64,000 bases of DNA from Squalus acanthias. Its lineage: Eukaryota. Positions 26,430 through 39,903 of the stretch are shown one piece after another. The notes below the pieces were generated by a model. It saw only the letters and a list, made by a program, of their open reading frames with translations, was not told the DNA's origin and searched no databases. Positions within the stretch are counted from its first letter, which is position 1; every line of letters begins with the position of its first letter. Location: contig CM059432.1 in NCBI GenBank assembly GCA_030390025.1, positions 103,046,001-103,110,000 on the forward strand. The letters run 5' to 3'. The position numbers were made by a program, and so were the translations under genes.

Positions 26430-27300
26430 TGTTGCCCATGTTCAATGTGCAGATAAGCATTGCTCCATGACACCACTTATGTGGGAGATAGTAGCGCATA
26501 CCCGGATATTGGACTCCCCCACACCACCTTACATTGTCGTGTGCAAGTGATTTCTCAATACAGTCCTGGTGCAACTTCTTCCAACTTAACTTCAGGAAAA
26601 CCAAAGCCATTGTTTTCAGTCACCAACGTTGCTCCCTTGCCATTGACTCCATACCCCTTCCCGGGCACTCACTCAGGCTGCACCTGACTGTGTAAAACCT
26701 TGGCATCATGTTCAACCCTGAGCTGACCTTCAACCTTCACATCCTATCCATCGCCAAGGCTGCCTATTTCCATCTGTACAACATTGCCTGCCTCAGCCTT
26801 AAGTTCCATCACTGAAACCCTTATCCATGTTTTTGTTACCTTAAACTTGATTATTTCACTGCCTCCTTTCTGGCCTCACAACCTCCACAGACTCTAACTT
26901 ATCTAAAATATAGACACCCATATCCAGTCAGCACTAAGTTCCACTCACCCGTCATCTCCCAGCTTGCTGGCCTACATTGGCTTCCTGCTCCCTCAACATA
27001 GTAAATTTGAGTTCCTTGTTCTCATCTCCAGATATATCCTTGTGCTAGCCCCACCTTCCCCAGCAACTTCCCCAGCAACTTCCCCAGCCTTATATCTGCT
27101 CCTGTACCCTTTAGTCCTCTGGCTGGCCTTATTTGTGCCTCCCCTCTCTTGCCCCACCATTGATAGTGAAACCTACAGCCATCTTCATCCCACTCTCTGG
27201 AATAATCCCATTAAACATCTTCACCTCTCCACTTCTCTCTCCTTTTAAAAGGTTTCTCAAACCTGATTGTTTTTGACCAAGCTTTAAATCACCCTCTAGC
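26430..27300 (+). mobile_element. Old L2 LINE 3' fragment
   Basis: Degenerate NFFQLN..KTKA, NLGIMFNPEL, LHWL and LWN pieces typical of the L2 RT C-terminus. Confidence 0.65.
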
Positions 27301-27329
27301 CTTTTCCTCCACAGCTTGGTGCTATTTTT

Positions 27330-30300
27330 TTATTAGCATTCATTCCTGGGATGTGGGTGTCGCTGGCAAGGTCAGAATTTATTGCCCATCCCTAATTGCC
27401 CTTGAGAAGGTGGTGGTGAGCCGTCTTCTTGAACCGCTGCAGTCCGTGTGGTGAAGGTAATCCCATATAGCTATTAGCGACAATGAAGGAACGTCGATAT
27501 ATTTCCAAGTCAGGACGATGAGTAACTTGGAGGGGCACTTGTAGGTGATGGTGTTCCCATGCGCCTGCTGCCCTTCTCGGTGGTAGAGGTCGCAGGTTTG
27601 GGAGGTGCTGCCGAAGAAGCCTTGGTGAGTTGCTGCAGTGCATCTTGTAGATGGTACACACTGCAGCCACGGTACGCCGGTGGTGGAGGGAGTGAATGTT
27701 TAAGGTGGTGGATGGGGTGCCAATCAAGCAGGCTGCTTTGTCCTGGATGGTGTCGAGCTTCTTGAGTGTTGTTGGAGCTGCGCTCATCCAGGCAAGTGGA
27801 GAGTATTCCATCACACTCCCGACTTGTGCCTTGTAGAAGGTGGAAAGGCTTTGGGGAGTCAGGAGGTGAGACACTCGCTGCAGAATACTTAGCCTCTGAC
27901 CTGCTCTTGTAGCCACAGTATTTATGTGGCTAGTCCAGTTAAGTTTCAAGTCAATGGTGACCTCCAGGATGTTGCTGGTGGGGGATTCGGAGATGGTAAT
28001 GCCGTTGATTGTCAAGGGGCGGTGGTTAGACTCTCGCTTGTTGGAGATAGTCATTGCCTGGCACTTTTGTGGCGTGAATGTTACCTGCCACTTATCAGCC
28101 CAAGCCTGAACGTCGTCCAGGTCTTGTTGCTTTCGGGCATGGACTGCTTCATTATCTGAGGAGTTGTGAATGGCGCTGAACACTGTGCAGTCATCAGCGA
28201 ACATCCCCACTTCTGACCTTATGATGGAGGGAAGATCATTGATGAAGCAGCTGAAGATGGTTGGGTCTAGGACACTGCCCTGAGGAACTCCTGCAGTGAT
28301 GTCCTGGGGCTGAGATGATTGACCTCCAACAACTACAACATTCTTCCTTTGTGCTAGGTATGACTCCAGCCAGTGGAGAGCTTTTCCCCTGTTTTCCATT
28401 GACTTCAGTTTTATTAGGGCTCCTTGATGCCACACTCAGTCAAATGCTGCCTTGTCAAGGGCAGTCACTCTCACCTCATCTGTGGAATTCAGCTCTTTTG
28501 TCCATGTTTGGGCCAAGGCTGTAATGAGGTCTGGAGCCGAGTGGTCCTGGCAGAACCCAAACTGAGTATCGGTGAGCAGGTAATTGGTGAGTAAGTACCG
28601 CTTGATAGCACTGTTGACGACACCTTCCATCACTTGGCTGATAACTGATGTGACGGTAATTGCTTTTTGTGGACAGGACATAGCTGGGCAGTTTTCCACA
28701 TTGTCGGGTAGATGCCAGTGTTGTAGCTGTACTGGAACAGCTTGGCTAGAGGTGTGGCTAGTTCTGGAGCACAAGTCTTCAGCACGACAGCCAGGATGTT
28801 GTCGGGGCCCATAGCCTTTGCTGTATCCAGTATGCTCAGCCGTTTCTTGATATCACGTGGAGTGAATCGAATTGGCTGAAGACTGGCTTCTGTGATGCTG
28901 GGGACCTCAGGAGGAGGCCAATATGGATCATCCACTCGGCACTTCTGGCTGAAGATTGTTGCAAACGCTTCAGCCTTGTCTTTTGCACTCGCGTGCTGGT
29001 CTCCATCATCATTGAGGATAGGGATATTCATGGAGCCTTCTCCTCCTGTGAGTTGTTTAATGGTCCACCACCATTCACGACTGGTGTGGCAGGACTGCAG
29101 AGCTTTGATCTGATCCGTTGATTGTGGGATCGCTTAGTCCTGTCTATAGCATGCTGCTTTCGCTTTTCAGCATGCCTGCAGTCCTGTGTTGCAGCTTCCC
29201 CGGGTTGGCACCTCAGTTTTCGGTACAGGTGCTGCTGCTCTCCTCAATGAACCAGGGTTGGTCACCTGGCTTGATGGTAATGGTAGAGTGATGGATATGC
29301 CGGGCCATGAGGTTACCGATTGTGGTGGAATACAATTCTGCTGCTGCTGATGGCCCACAATGCCTCATGGATGCCCAGTTTGAGCTGCTAGATCTGTTCT
29401 GAATCAATCCCATTTAGCACGGTGGTAGTGCCACACATCACGGTGGAGGGTGTCCTCAGTGTGAAGACGGGATTTTGTCACTGCTACCAATGCTGTCATG
29501 GACAGATGCATCTGCGACAGGTAGATTGGTGAGGACGAGGTCAAGTAGGTTTTTCCCTTGTGTTGGTTCTCTCACCACCTGCCACAGGCCCAGTCTGGCA
29601 GCTATGTCCTTCAGGAAGCGGCCAGCTCAGTCAGTTGTGGTGCTACTGAGTGTAGAGTTTCGCAATTATCGCGATTCAAAATAACATGAGAGAAGCAGAT
29701 TCAATTGATCAGTTTTATTAAACGAAATGCTGTCCTGATAATAAAGGACACAGAAGCCTGTAAAATGGCCGCTGCGCATCGTGGCAGAAGCTTCCAGAGA
29801 CACAGTGGGCAGACAAGATGGCGTCGAATATACATTCAATATGAGATTGGATCATACTCGGTAAACATTGATAAAGACAGGATGCAACCCGTTTGCATTG
29901 TGAACAATAGCAATGATATAAGTGTTGGAATCATTTTCCTATGCACAGTAAGGATCATTGAACTGGGCAATCGAAGGCCCATCCAGACACATCAATACAC
30001 AAATACCCCCCCCCGGCTCAACAATGAGAAAGACATTGGCGGGTGATTAAGCAAGTATTCGGGGGGCCCCAAAACCAGTCGAGGAGACGATTCATATACA
30101 TCCTGGCTGGCTCTACAATGGGGAAAACATTAACGGATAGTTGGCCAGTTTCAGGTGCTACCGAAACCCGTTAAGAAGATAATCGCCCCATGCTGGGAGT
30201 TTTAAGCGCCAAAATCACACAAAGGATAAACATTTAGATTTGAACGGGAGATAAAGCGGACACAACAGTATAACTATAGAGGACAAATGTCCATCGGTCT

Positions 30301-32160
30301 CTTATTCTCTGGACTCGAGCTCTTATTCCTCTTAACTCTCTGCTGACCCTTGCTGAAGCTCTTCCTGAACTGGCTTAACTTTTGGACTTTTGATTTTCTC
30401 TCTGGACTCTGTTGACTCTTGACTCTTAGCCGTACTGGTCGGTTATTCGAATGTTGGGTGGAGCTCAATCGGAACGAGCCGCCTCGACAAGGGCAAGTAA
30501 CAGGGTACACCATCCCGAGTGTCGGTAAACGGTGTCTGGACCCGGAGGCCCAAGAAGACGAGAAGAGAAGAAGACGAGAAGAAATTCCACGTGCCGCCAT
30601 GGTCAGTAAACCCCGACCGCACCCAAATATATAAATAAAAGAACTTTCCTTTGAGTTCTACCGACTTCTACATGTGCCGCAGCACAGGAAGACCCTTCTT
30701 TGAATTTTAAGACGGTTTGAGTCCATCGACTGCTTCATGACCACAGAGAGTCTGGCCTGCTTGTCGCAGCAGCAAAAGTAAACAAGTGGGGTGCAGAACC
30801 CCTTCCAAACACGTGACAGTCAGGCGCTGCAGCGAAACGAGCTGAGTGCCTCACTTTAAAATCTCCGAAGTAAAACGAGTGGTGAGCATGATTTCCGATC
30901 CTACAAATCCAGACGTAGTTTAGGTATTGTTAAGGGAGGGTGGCTTTTAATACGGTTAAGGTAAATGTGTTCCCCTTTTTACGATGTGCCGCGTGTTCTC
31001 CATTTCCATAGACCAAGCTTTATGAATGTGTGTATACTTGTACTCTCTTTGATTTGCGCCTATGACATGTATTTCATGATTTTAGACGCCATGCAATAAA
31101 GATTTTCATTTTGTGCTATTCAACTGGGTCTATTTGAGTTTTTCTCTGCATTACTGCTCCTTGCATCTAAGTCCAGGTGTCAGAACCGTAAGGGCGAGTG
31201 GGTCGAACCACTCACAGGTGCTTATTGCAAAAAGGCTGGCCGGAGACCAGAGCAAGCAATAGTATTAGGCAACGAAGGCCTAACCTCGCACCAGTACCGT
31301 TTGAAACCCCTTACACGAGCCACTCTTGGTGATGGACATAGAAGTCCCCCACCCAGAGTACATTCTGTGCCCTTGCTTCCCTCAGTGCTTCTTCCAAGTG
31401 GCGTTCAACATGGAGGAGTAGTGATTCATCAGCTGAGGGAGGGCAGTAGGTGGTAATCAGTAGGATGCTTCCTTGCCCATGCTTGACCTGAAGCCATGAG
31501 ACTTCATGGAGTCCGGAGTCAATGTTGAGGACTCCCAAGGCCACTCCCTTCTGACTGTGTACCACTGTACCGCCACCTCTGATGGGTCTGTCCTGCTGGT
31601 GGGACAGGACATACCCAGGGCTGGTGATGAAGGAGTCTGGGACATTGGCTGAAAGGTATGATTCTGTGAGTATGACTATGTCAGGCTGTTGCTTGACTAG
31701 TCTGTGGGACAGCTCTCCCAATTTTGGCACAAGTCCCCAGATGTTGGTGAGGAGGACATTGCAGGGTCGACTGGTCTGGGTGTGCCGTTATTGTGTCTGA
31801 AGCCAGTGCCGAGGTCGATGCCGGGTGGTCCGTCTGGTTTTATTCTTATTATTGTTTTTCATAGCGGTTGTGTAAAAAATGAGTGGCTTGCTGGGCCATT
31901 TCAGAGGGCAGTTAAGCGTCACATATAGGCCAGACCAGGCAAGGATGGCAGATTTCCTTCCCGAAAGGACATTAGTGAACCAGATGGGTTTTTACGACAA
32001 TCGATAGTTTCACGGTCACCATTACTGATCCTAGCTTTTTATTCCAGATTTATTTAATTAACTGAATTTAAATTCCCCAGCTGCCATGGTGGGATTTGAA
32101 CTCATGTCTCTGGATTATTAGTCCAGACCTCTGGATTACTAGTCCAGTAACATAACCACT
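27330..32160 (-). mobile_element. Near full-length single-ORF APE-RT LINE (CR1/L2/Jockey group), disrupted and split by a solo LTR
   Basis: APE at 31311-31760, RT at 27392-29030 (GVPQGSVL, FADD) and 3' tail near 27335; the 5' end is tRNA-like. Confidence 0.88.
29651..31315 (+). mobile_element. Solo LTR (subfamily B)
   Basis: TGTAGAG..CCCCTTACA, flanked by TGAG/CGAG. This is a 4-bp TSD with one CpG transition, since the uninterrupted LINE copy near 9700 reads CGAG on the equivalent strand. Confidence 0.95.
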
Positions 32161-33479
32161 CGATTTCCTTGTCTATTTCCATGTGGGAAACATTTGGGAC
32201 ACCTTGATGTTGCACTATACCAATCTCCATTTGAAAGCAGTTTCTTTTCCTTAATGTGAAATATCAGTGTTGGGGATGGAGTATTGGAGCAAAAGTAGAA
32301 TTAATTTCTTTACTTTTAAAGTGAAGCGGTCTCACTGGGATGGCGAGTTATGACAATTCTTTCATAAATGTAAACATTTCATAACCCATGAATAAAAAAT
32401 CACCTGAAACTTAATCATATGATGAGTTATCCTGATTAATCCATTGGTATGTGAACTTCGTTAGTTTTGAACATCTCATGCTGTTGTTGATCATTAAATC
32501 TTATTTAACAAGTGTGAATTCGTCTTTTTTGATTTGCACACATGCACAGGGGTCATTTTAACTTTTGCCGATAGTGTAAATGGGGCAATATCAGAATGGC
32601 TCTATGTACACCTCTGCCAATTTTCCTTTCCATGGAATCAGTTTTTGACAGGTCATATAACCCTGCAGGGTCACTTAGTATTTAGGACCTATCCTTATGC
32701 TCAGTTGAACACTCATGAGCTCCTATCACTGCTATCCCTTCCTCACCAGTGCTTGAAGACCCAGCCTAGGCCTCCACCTTAACATAACTGTCTATTCCCA
32801 AATGTGTATATCTTTGCTGGTGAATACTTCAAGTGGAGATACTATTGATTGCTTCTCAGCTCTATGATGCACTTCATGTCTGGCTTCACAACAACTACAT
32901 TCTTCTTTCTCTGTGAGAAGAGCAGATAGTACATTATAAGTAAATAGTCACACTTATCCACATGGATATTGTATTATCATTACACACTATTATACACTTG
33001 TGCACAATCACTGCACAAGCACATGTTTGTGTAACATATTGTGCAAATCATGGGATATCTAAATAATGTATCACAAATCAGAAGTTCTGCACTGCCATCT
33101 AATCTCCACAGAGATTTCATGCTTTCCAAGCATTCAGCCCCAAGCAAATCTAAAATAGCTTCAGCATATAGCATCAGTTGTTTATGCTCTGGAGATCCAC
33201 CACCCTGAACTTAAGTACTAGTTTTGTTTTCAAATATAAAAGCACTGATTGAGGCATCGTCATTTGGTCCATGCATTTTCTTTCCTGCAGTAGAGTCTGT
33301 GTCCAACTGTGGAATGTATATACATTTTCATAATCCTCCTATTTCCACTAACTTACTTACTGCCTTCTTGTTAACACTTCTCTATGTCAGTACAGCTTTT
33401 AATGCAGACATCTTTTACAACTACAACTTTCCATCTTGTACATATATGTTCTGTGCTCCTACCTCACTGAAATATTCAT

Positions 33480-33700
33480 GTCTTAGCTTTTGTCCTTTCT
33501 TGAAGTTATGCAACTTCTTTCTCACTTCTGCCCAGGTCCCTGCAGTGGTTCACCAAGAGTTCACTATCTCTGTTAAGTACTCCTATACTTGCCTCCTCTC
33601 TCACCAAAATGTCCATCACAGAGGCCATCAGGGCTTGAAGGGCCTGGTTGGTAAAGTATGCTTTTCTCTGACAACATTCAAACATTTTCTGCAACAGTTG
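33480..33700 (-). pseudogene. Very old Myb/SANT-like (Harbinger) exon remnant
   Basis: RKAYFTNQALQALM followed, after a frameshift, by TWAEVRKKLHN. Confidence 0.45.
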
Positions 33701-34179
33701 TGCACTCCACAGCTGGATTAACAAACTTTCTGATATTTATACTGTTTAACTGGCCTGTTAGCTGCGCAAAACCTGTTAACTGATCATTATTCCAGGTGTA
33801 GCGTGATCAGTTGCTATTTCATTGTTAATGCTCTCAAAGTCCCATGCTGCGAAATCGCATCTTTCAAAATCATTTAATCCTAGAACTTCATTAGATGTAC
33901 CTTAATTTCACCCATTTTTAAAATAAATAGGAATGCAGGCCCCCCAAGTGGTGCTCCTGTATACATTCCATGGACTGTGAGGGAACAATAGGAACAATCA
34001 GGAACCAAGTGCAGTATAGATCGTCATATCGTGTCATCTGATGGTGGTCTCCTTCTAGAACATTAATTCACCAAAGTTCAGTAGTCCATCAAATAGCACA
34101 ATGCTGGTGTGTTGTTGGATTTAATTCACTTGTGAGAAAAAACACATAAATTCAAAAACAAAGTAAATTAGCATCATAT

Positions 34180-34490
34180 GGAAGAGTAGTGGTTATGGTA
34201 CTAGACTAGTAATCCAGAAGTCAGGTGTTCAAATCTCACCATGGCAAATAGTGACATTTAATTCAATGAACCTGGTCATTTGTAGACTAGCACCAGAAAA
34301 TGAAAATGGGCAAGTATAAAAATCCAAATGGTTTATTAATACCCTTCAGTGATGGGAACCTGTCACCCTACCCAGCCAACATGTGAATCCAGTCCCACAC
34401 TATGTGGTTGACTCTTAAGGAAACTGGAAAAGGGCAATAAATTCCACTATGTCAGTGTTGCCCACATCCTGAGAACAAATAAATAAGCTA
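34180..34490 (+). mobile_element. Old tRNA-derived SINE composed of the 5' and 3' ends of the 27330-32160 LINE
   Basis: Head GTGGTTATGGTACTAGACTAGTAATCC..GTTCAAATC; body matches LINE 5'UTR; tail GGGCAATAAA..GCCCACATCC matches LINE 3' end. Confidence 0.72.
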
Positions 34491-35272
34491 TTATTGATGA
34501 CGCTCATGATTTGTACATTTCTCTTACTTGTGATATAAATCTAGTTGTCAGAACCAGTGGTATAGAAGTCATCATTAATTTATTTATTACTGTAAGTACG
34601 GTACTAATGCACATTGAAGTATCTTTATCATCTCTGCATTTTAGCTAAGTCGTTTCGCATCCCATATTTCCAAGAAGAAACAACAGTGAGTATTGTGTAA
34701 TGTGTTACATAAGTATATGCTTCCATTTCTGGCTGTTCTATTTCACAAATATAGTGTAAAGGTGGGCTTCATCACAAACTTGCAGTACAAAACACAGTTA
34801 TGGAGTAGAAGATATAAATTGGTGGTCAGTCAGCCAGCTCTTTAATTAAAAGTTATTCACTACATTTTGTGTATATAGCTACAATATATAAAAAAATCTA
34901 TGCATTCATCCTGTCTACAAAATCTCCTGTTGTTATTTTTTTGTCACACTTTAGTGTCATTTTTTTCCCTTTTAAATTCCATTCATAATGAAACTGCTTT
35001 TGTCCATTTGTTATGCTGTAATTACACCCTCCCACTGGTGGTGGTGCTGTTTTGTGCCTCCGCTTCTAAGCCTGCACTGCAGAGACTTCCATGCTTCAAT
35101 CTGCTTTCCAAATATCCCATAGCTTTAGCTATATAACTAAATAATACAAAATCAAAGTATATTCGATAAAGATAGGCGCAGAACGTATGACTCGAAAATG
35201 GGGACTGAATTATGGCTACACCCCCTGGTCCAATAATTCCGCCCTCCCAAACCCGAGTTACCCAAAGACTAT

Positions 35273-35943
35273 GGGCCAGAAATTCGGCTCCCTGGCTTCC
35301 CGCGGGTGCAAGGATCGCGCGCGCACCTACCTACCGCGCCTGCCGTTGACCCCTGGGCCCGCAGGGAATTCCGGTCCTGGGCCTCCTCCAACTACCGGCG
35401 CGCAGTGCTTGCGTATCCCAGGGGCGTAGTTAGTGCGATGCGTCCCCTGGGATCACGTGGGCCATGGAGAGCCAATGGCAGCAGACCATCTTTCATTCAT
35501 AGATTTGACAGGAAGACCTGTCAAATCTATGAATACAGATCGGCCCCAAAACATCCCTAAAACTACAAGTACATTTTTTTTTTAAATCACATTTTTAAAA
35601 TAATTATAAATTATATTAATTAACTATTTTAAACAAAAATTTAAATTTTTGAAAAAATTAATTACACTTTTTAATGGGGCTAAAACTAAACTTACCTTTC
35701 TTTAAAGTAATTAAAAAAGATAAATTTGTGAAAAAATGTTTAAATTTTAATAAAATCAACACTTACCTTGATAAAAGAAGGCCTTGCGCCTCCTTTTTCA
35801 ATGTGTATCTTCTCCGTGCTTACCTTCACGGAAGTGCCGGTTTCCCGCACATGCGCAGTGCATGCAAGAAACCGGCGCTTTCGTTGGGCCTACGGGTGAG
35901 TACATAGTGCGTACTCACCCATAGAGACCCGAATTTCTGCCCC
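35273..35943. mobile_element. MITE copy 2 (paralog of 7961-8726 with an internal deletion)
   Basis: Direct sequence similarity and the same terminal inverted repeats. Confidence 0.88.
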
Positions 35944-36916
35944 AAGTTGGTTGTGACTTCACAGGAAATCAACTAGTATATAAAATAATGTTTGCCTAGG
36001 AGATTCTTTGTGAGGTTGTCTGTGTCCTGAAGGCCACATTACCTGCTTGAGCATCACTCCTAAGTTTAATGATAGTGCCAGAGTGCTTTTTTTCTATCCC
36101 ATAACACACTTCCAACAAACTATTATTCTATAGAAAGTGTCAATTTTAAGTCCAAGGTTGCCGATAACAAGATAACTGATTTATATGGTGCCCAATCCGC
36201 CAAACCGTCAATGACTTAACTTGTCGAGTAGTTGGAGTGCCCAACATCACTGCAAAAAGCATTAAAAGACTGACCTGGTCACTTCAGTGATGTATTCTCT
36301 AATATTCTGCGATTTGATTAGCTGAAAATATAGCCTCTGGCCTTACTTTTCAGTTACGTAAGCCAAATTTTATCAAATTGTATCCCAGTATAGGGATAAA
36401 AAGAGTTAAAATAATGTAAGTTATAATTTTAGGAGTAAAGTAAATAGAAAATAAGGTTGAGCAGAAAATATAAAAGAGAAATACAAAATTCAAAGTTGAA
36501 ATTATCAAAATTGATAAAGGATAATCTAGAGAAGGACACAAATAAGGGAGCAAAACGGTGAGCAGCAAAGTGTTTACTGTAATACCAAAACCAGTCTTTG
36601 CATCTCAGTATTTTTAATTATAATATTCAGAGATTTTTCAGTGTCATAATACATACGCTGAAATCTTTAACAAGTGTTTGGGCCAGGGAGTAGAATCATC
36701 TGGCGCTGCCAGCTATCTAAGCATTTCTAGTAATCCCACTCATTACCTTCAACATAATAGAAAATGACCTTACAACCAACATTCATATAATTCATTGGTA
36801 AGTCAGAAGCAGAGTTCATTTTAACCACAATAAGCGCATTTAGGTACTTGATTGAAAACAATCTGTAAAATCCTCCACACAGCACAGAGTCCCGATTACA
36901 ATATATTTTTTAACAT

Positions 36917-37194
36917 AATTACCGATACCCATGTAACCGGTAGATTTTGCAATTACCATAACCCATGTAACGGGTAGATTTTGCAATTACCATAACCCAT
37001 GTAACGGGTAGATTTTGCAATTACCATAACCCATGTAACGGGTAGATTTTGCAATTACCATAACCCATGTAACCGGTGGATTTTGCAATTACCATAACCC
37101 ATGTAACGGGTAGATTTTGCAATTACCATAACCCATGTAACGGGTAGATTTTGCAATTACCATAACCCATGTAACGGGTGGATTTTGCAATTAC
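36917..37194. repeat. 34-bp minisatellite, 8 copies
   Basis: AATTACCATAACCCATGTAACGGGTAGATTTTGC head-to-tail with no spacers. Confidence 0.97.
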
Positions 37195-37238
37195 TGGCCT
37201 GTTTCCAGTAGTTAAATGATAATAGCTCTAGAGTCGTA

Positions 37239-37903
37239 GGGGGAAAAATTGATTCGCGCCCCCTTTGGGGCGCTAACTTCGCCGGGGAAAATTAGTGCAC
37301 CCGCAGCCGAAATTAAGTGGTAGCGCCCCAAGAAGGAAGCGGGGCGCTACTGGAAATGCCCCGCCTCCCTCTTGGGGCGCTGCGAGGGAATTTCGCGGCA
37401 CATCGCGCCGCGGTATTGCAGGCCTACCTCCCCTTCTTAAAGGGGAGGGGCCTTGCGCAGCGCGACCCTGGGCCCAGCTGTGAGAAGTGCCTGGACTCAT
37501 GGAGCGCAGCCGGCACTCCGCGGAGGGGGGGGGGTGCTCAGGAGGCCAGGGACAGCAGAGGAGGCAGGTGCTGGCAGGCGGCCAGCAACAAAAATGGCCG
37601 CCCAGCATCCCGCTATTAAATAGCACCGGCCCGACCACAGGTAGGCCCCCCTGACCCCATCGCACATAGCGTCCGGCAGTAAGTCAGGGGGCGCTACCGA
37701 AGATCGCGGCCGGGCGCGAGCGGGACGCTGCGTGCAGCGATGACGTCATCGCCAGTGGCGCAGCGCCACAGGGCGCTAACGGTTATTGCCACTGCTAACC
37801 TCCCGCTGAATTTCGCGGGAGGCATTGGTAGTGCCACGCCCAGGTGCTAATTGCTTTGCACCCCGTTATCACCCTCAAAGCAAAGCAACCTGAATTTTTC
37901 CCC
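37239..37903. mobile_element. Harbinger MITE (paralog of 18488-19255)
   Basis: GGGGGAAAAATT..AATTTTTCCCC with GTA on both flanks. Confidence 0.85.
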
Positions 37904-37906
37904 GTA

Positions 37907-39903
37907 GAACCATAATGGCACAGAAGGAGGCCATTTGGCCCATCGAGTCCATGCCGGCTCTCTGTAGGGCAATCCAGTCAGTCCCATTCCCCCGCTCTAT
38001 CCCCGTAGCCCTGCAAGTTTATTCCCTCAAGTGCCTATCCAGTCTCCCCTTGAAAACATTGATTGTCTCCGCTTCCACCACTTCCGCCGGCAGCGAGTTC
38101 CAGGTCCTCACCACTCGCTGCGTAAAAAAGTTTTTCCTCACATCCCCCTGTATCTCTTGCCCAAAACCTTAAATCTGTGTCCCCTAGTCCTTGTACCATC
38201 AACTAGTGGGAACAGCCTTTCACTGTCTCGCCTATCCAAACCCATCATAATCTTGTACACCTCTATCAAATCACCCCGCAACCTCCTTTGCTCTAATGAA
38301 AACAAATCCAGCTTCTCCAACCTGTCCTTGTAACTAAGATCCCCCATCCCCAGAACCATTCTAGTAAATCTCCTCTGCACCCTCTCAAGTGCCTTCACAT
38401 CCTTCCTAAAGTGTGGTGACCAGAACTGGACGCAATACTCCAGTTGTGGCCTAACCAGCACTTTATAAAGGTTCAGCATAACTTCTCTACTTTTGTACTC
38501 AATACCTCTATTTATGAAGCCAAAGATCCCATATGCTTTGCTAACCACTTTCTCAATGTGTCCCGCCACCTTCAGGAATCTATGCACATTAACTCCCAGG
38601 TCCCTCTGTCCCTGCACACTCTTTAAAACTGTGCCATTAAGTGTATATTGCCTCTCCCTGTTCCTTCTGCCAAAATGCATCACCTCACACTTCTCTGTAT
38701 TAAATTCCATCTGCCACTTGTCTGCCCATTCTGCTAGCCTTTCTATGTCCTGTTGCAGTCGATTGGATCATCGTCACTGTTTGCCACACCCCCAAGTCTG
38801 GTGTCATCGGCAAATTTAGAAATTCTACTCTGTATTCCAATATCCAGGTCATAGATATCAAAAAAAGCAGTGGCCCCAGCACTGACCCTTGGGGAACACC
38901 ACTGTCTACCATCCTCCAGTCTGAAAAACAGCCATTTACCACAACTCGCTGTTCTCTGTCCTTAAGCCAATTCCTTATCCAAGCTGTCACTGATCCATCT
39001 ATTCCATGAACCTCAATTTTGTTAACCAGCCTTCTATGTAATACTTTGTCAAACACCTTCTTAAAATCCATGTAGACAACATCCATTGCATTCCCTTCAT
39101 CAATCCTCCTTGTTACTTCATCAAAAAATTCAATTAGATTAGTCAAACACGATCTGCCTTTTACAAATCCGTGTTGGCTCTCCTTAATTAGTTTAAACCT
39201 CTCCAAGTGCCCATTAACTTTTTCCTTGATTATTGTTTCTAAAACTTTACCCACCACTGATGTTAAAGTGACCGGCCTGTAGTTACTAGGATTGTCCTTA
39301 CACCCTTTCTTGCCACTTTCCAATCCTCAGGCACCTCCCCCGCATCTAGGGAAGATTGGAAAATTATGGCAAGCCCTTCCGCTATCTCCTCCTCCAATTC
39401 CCTTAGCAACCTGGGATGCAATCCATCTGGATCAGGCGACTTATCACTCTAAGCATACCCAGCCTTTCTAGTATATCCTGTCTATCAATTTTCACCCCTT
39501 CCATTGCTTTTACCTTTTCCACTTCTACCGATATTTTGTCAGCATCCACCTCCTTAGTAAACACCGATACAAAGTACTTATTGAGTATTCTAGCCTTGCC
39601 TTGCACCTCTAAGCATATATCACCTTCTTTGCCCCTAATAGGCCTCACCCCGCCTCTTACTACCCGCTTACTGTTTACATACCGGTAGAATATTTTTGGG
39701 TTCCCTTTTATGTTAACCGCCATTCTACACTCATATTCTCTCTTTGCCAATCTTATTTTCATCTTCACTTCCCTTCTCAACTTATTGTGTTTGTTCTGGT
39801 TCTCCGTTGAAGAATTTACCTGACATTCATCATACAGCCTCTTTTTTTGTTCCATCATCTTCTCTATCTCCCTCGTCATCCAAGGAGCCCTTGCTTTGGT
39901 TCA
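37907..39903 (-). mobile_element. CR1 LINE 3' half (second subfamily), disrupted ORF2
   Basis: NYRPVTLTSVVGK, GVPQGSVLGP and RPQLEYC in ORFs 38138-39879. Confidence 0.9.

Noticed and set aside
30274..30600. Antisense ORFs of about 105 aa at equivalent positions in the LTRs (also 2544-2855 and 53142-53474) as an accessory gene
   Set aside because: The A and B versions share no protein similarity, the start codons vary, and indels between the two B copies change the sequence.
32980..33721. ORFs 32980-33174 (-) and 33224-33721 (+) as host genes
   Set aside because: No recognisable product or splice structure; the region overlaps a decayed Myb-like transposon remnant.
36917..37194. 34-bp repeat array resembling CRISPR in unit length
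   Set aside because: Units are contiguous with no unique spacers, there are no cas genes and the context is eukaryotic; it is a minisatellite.
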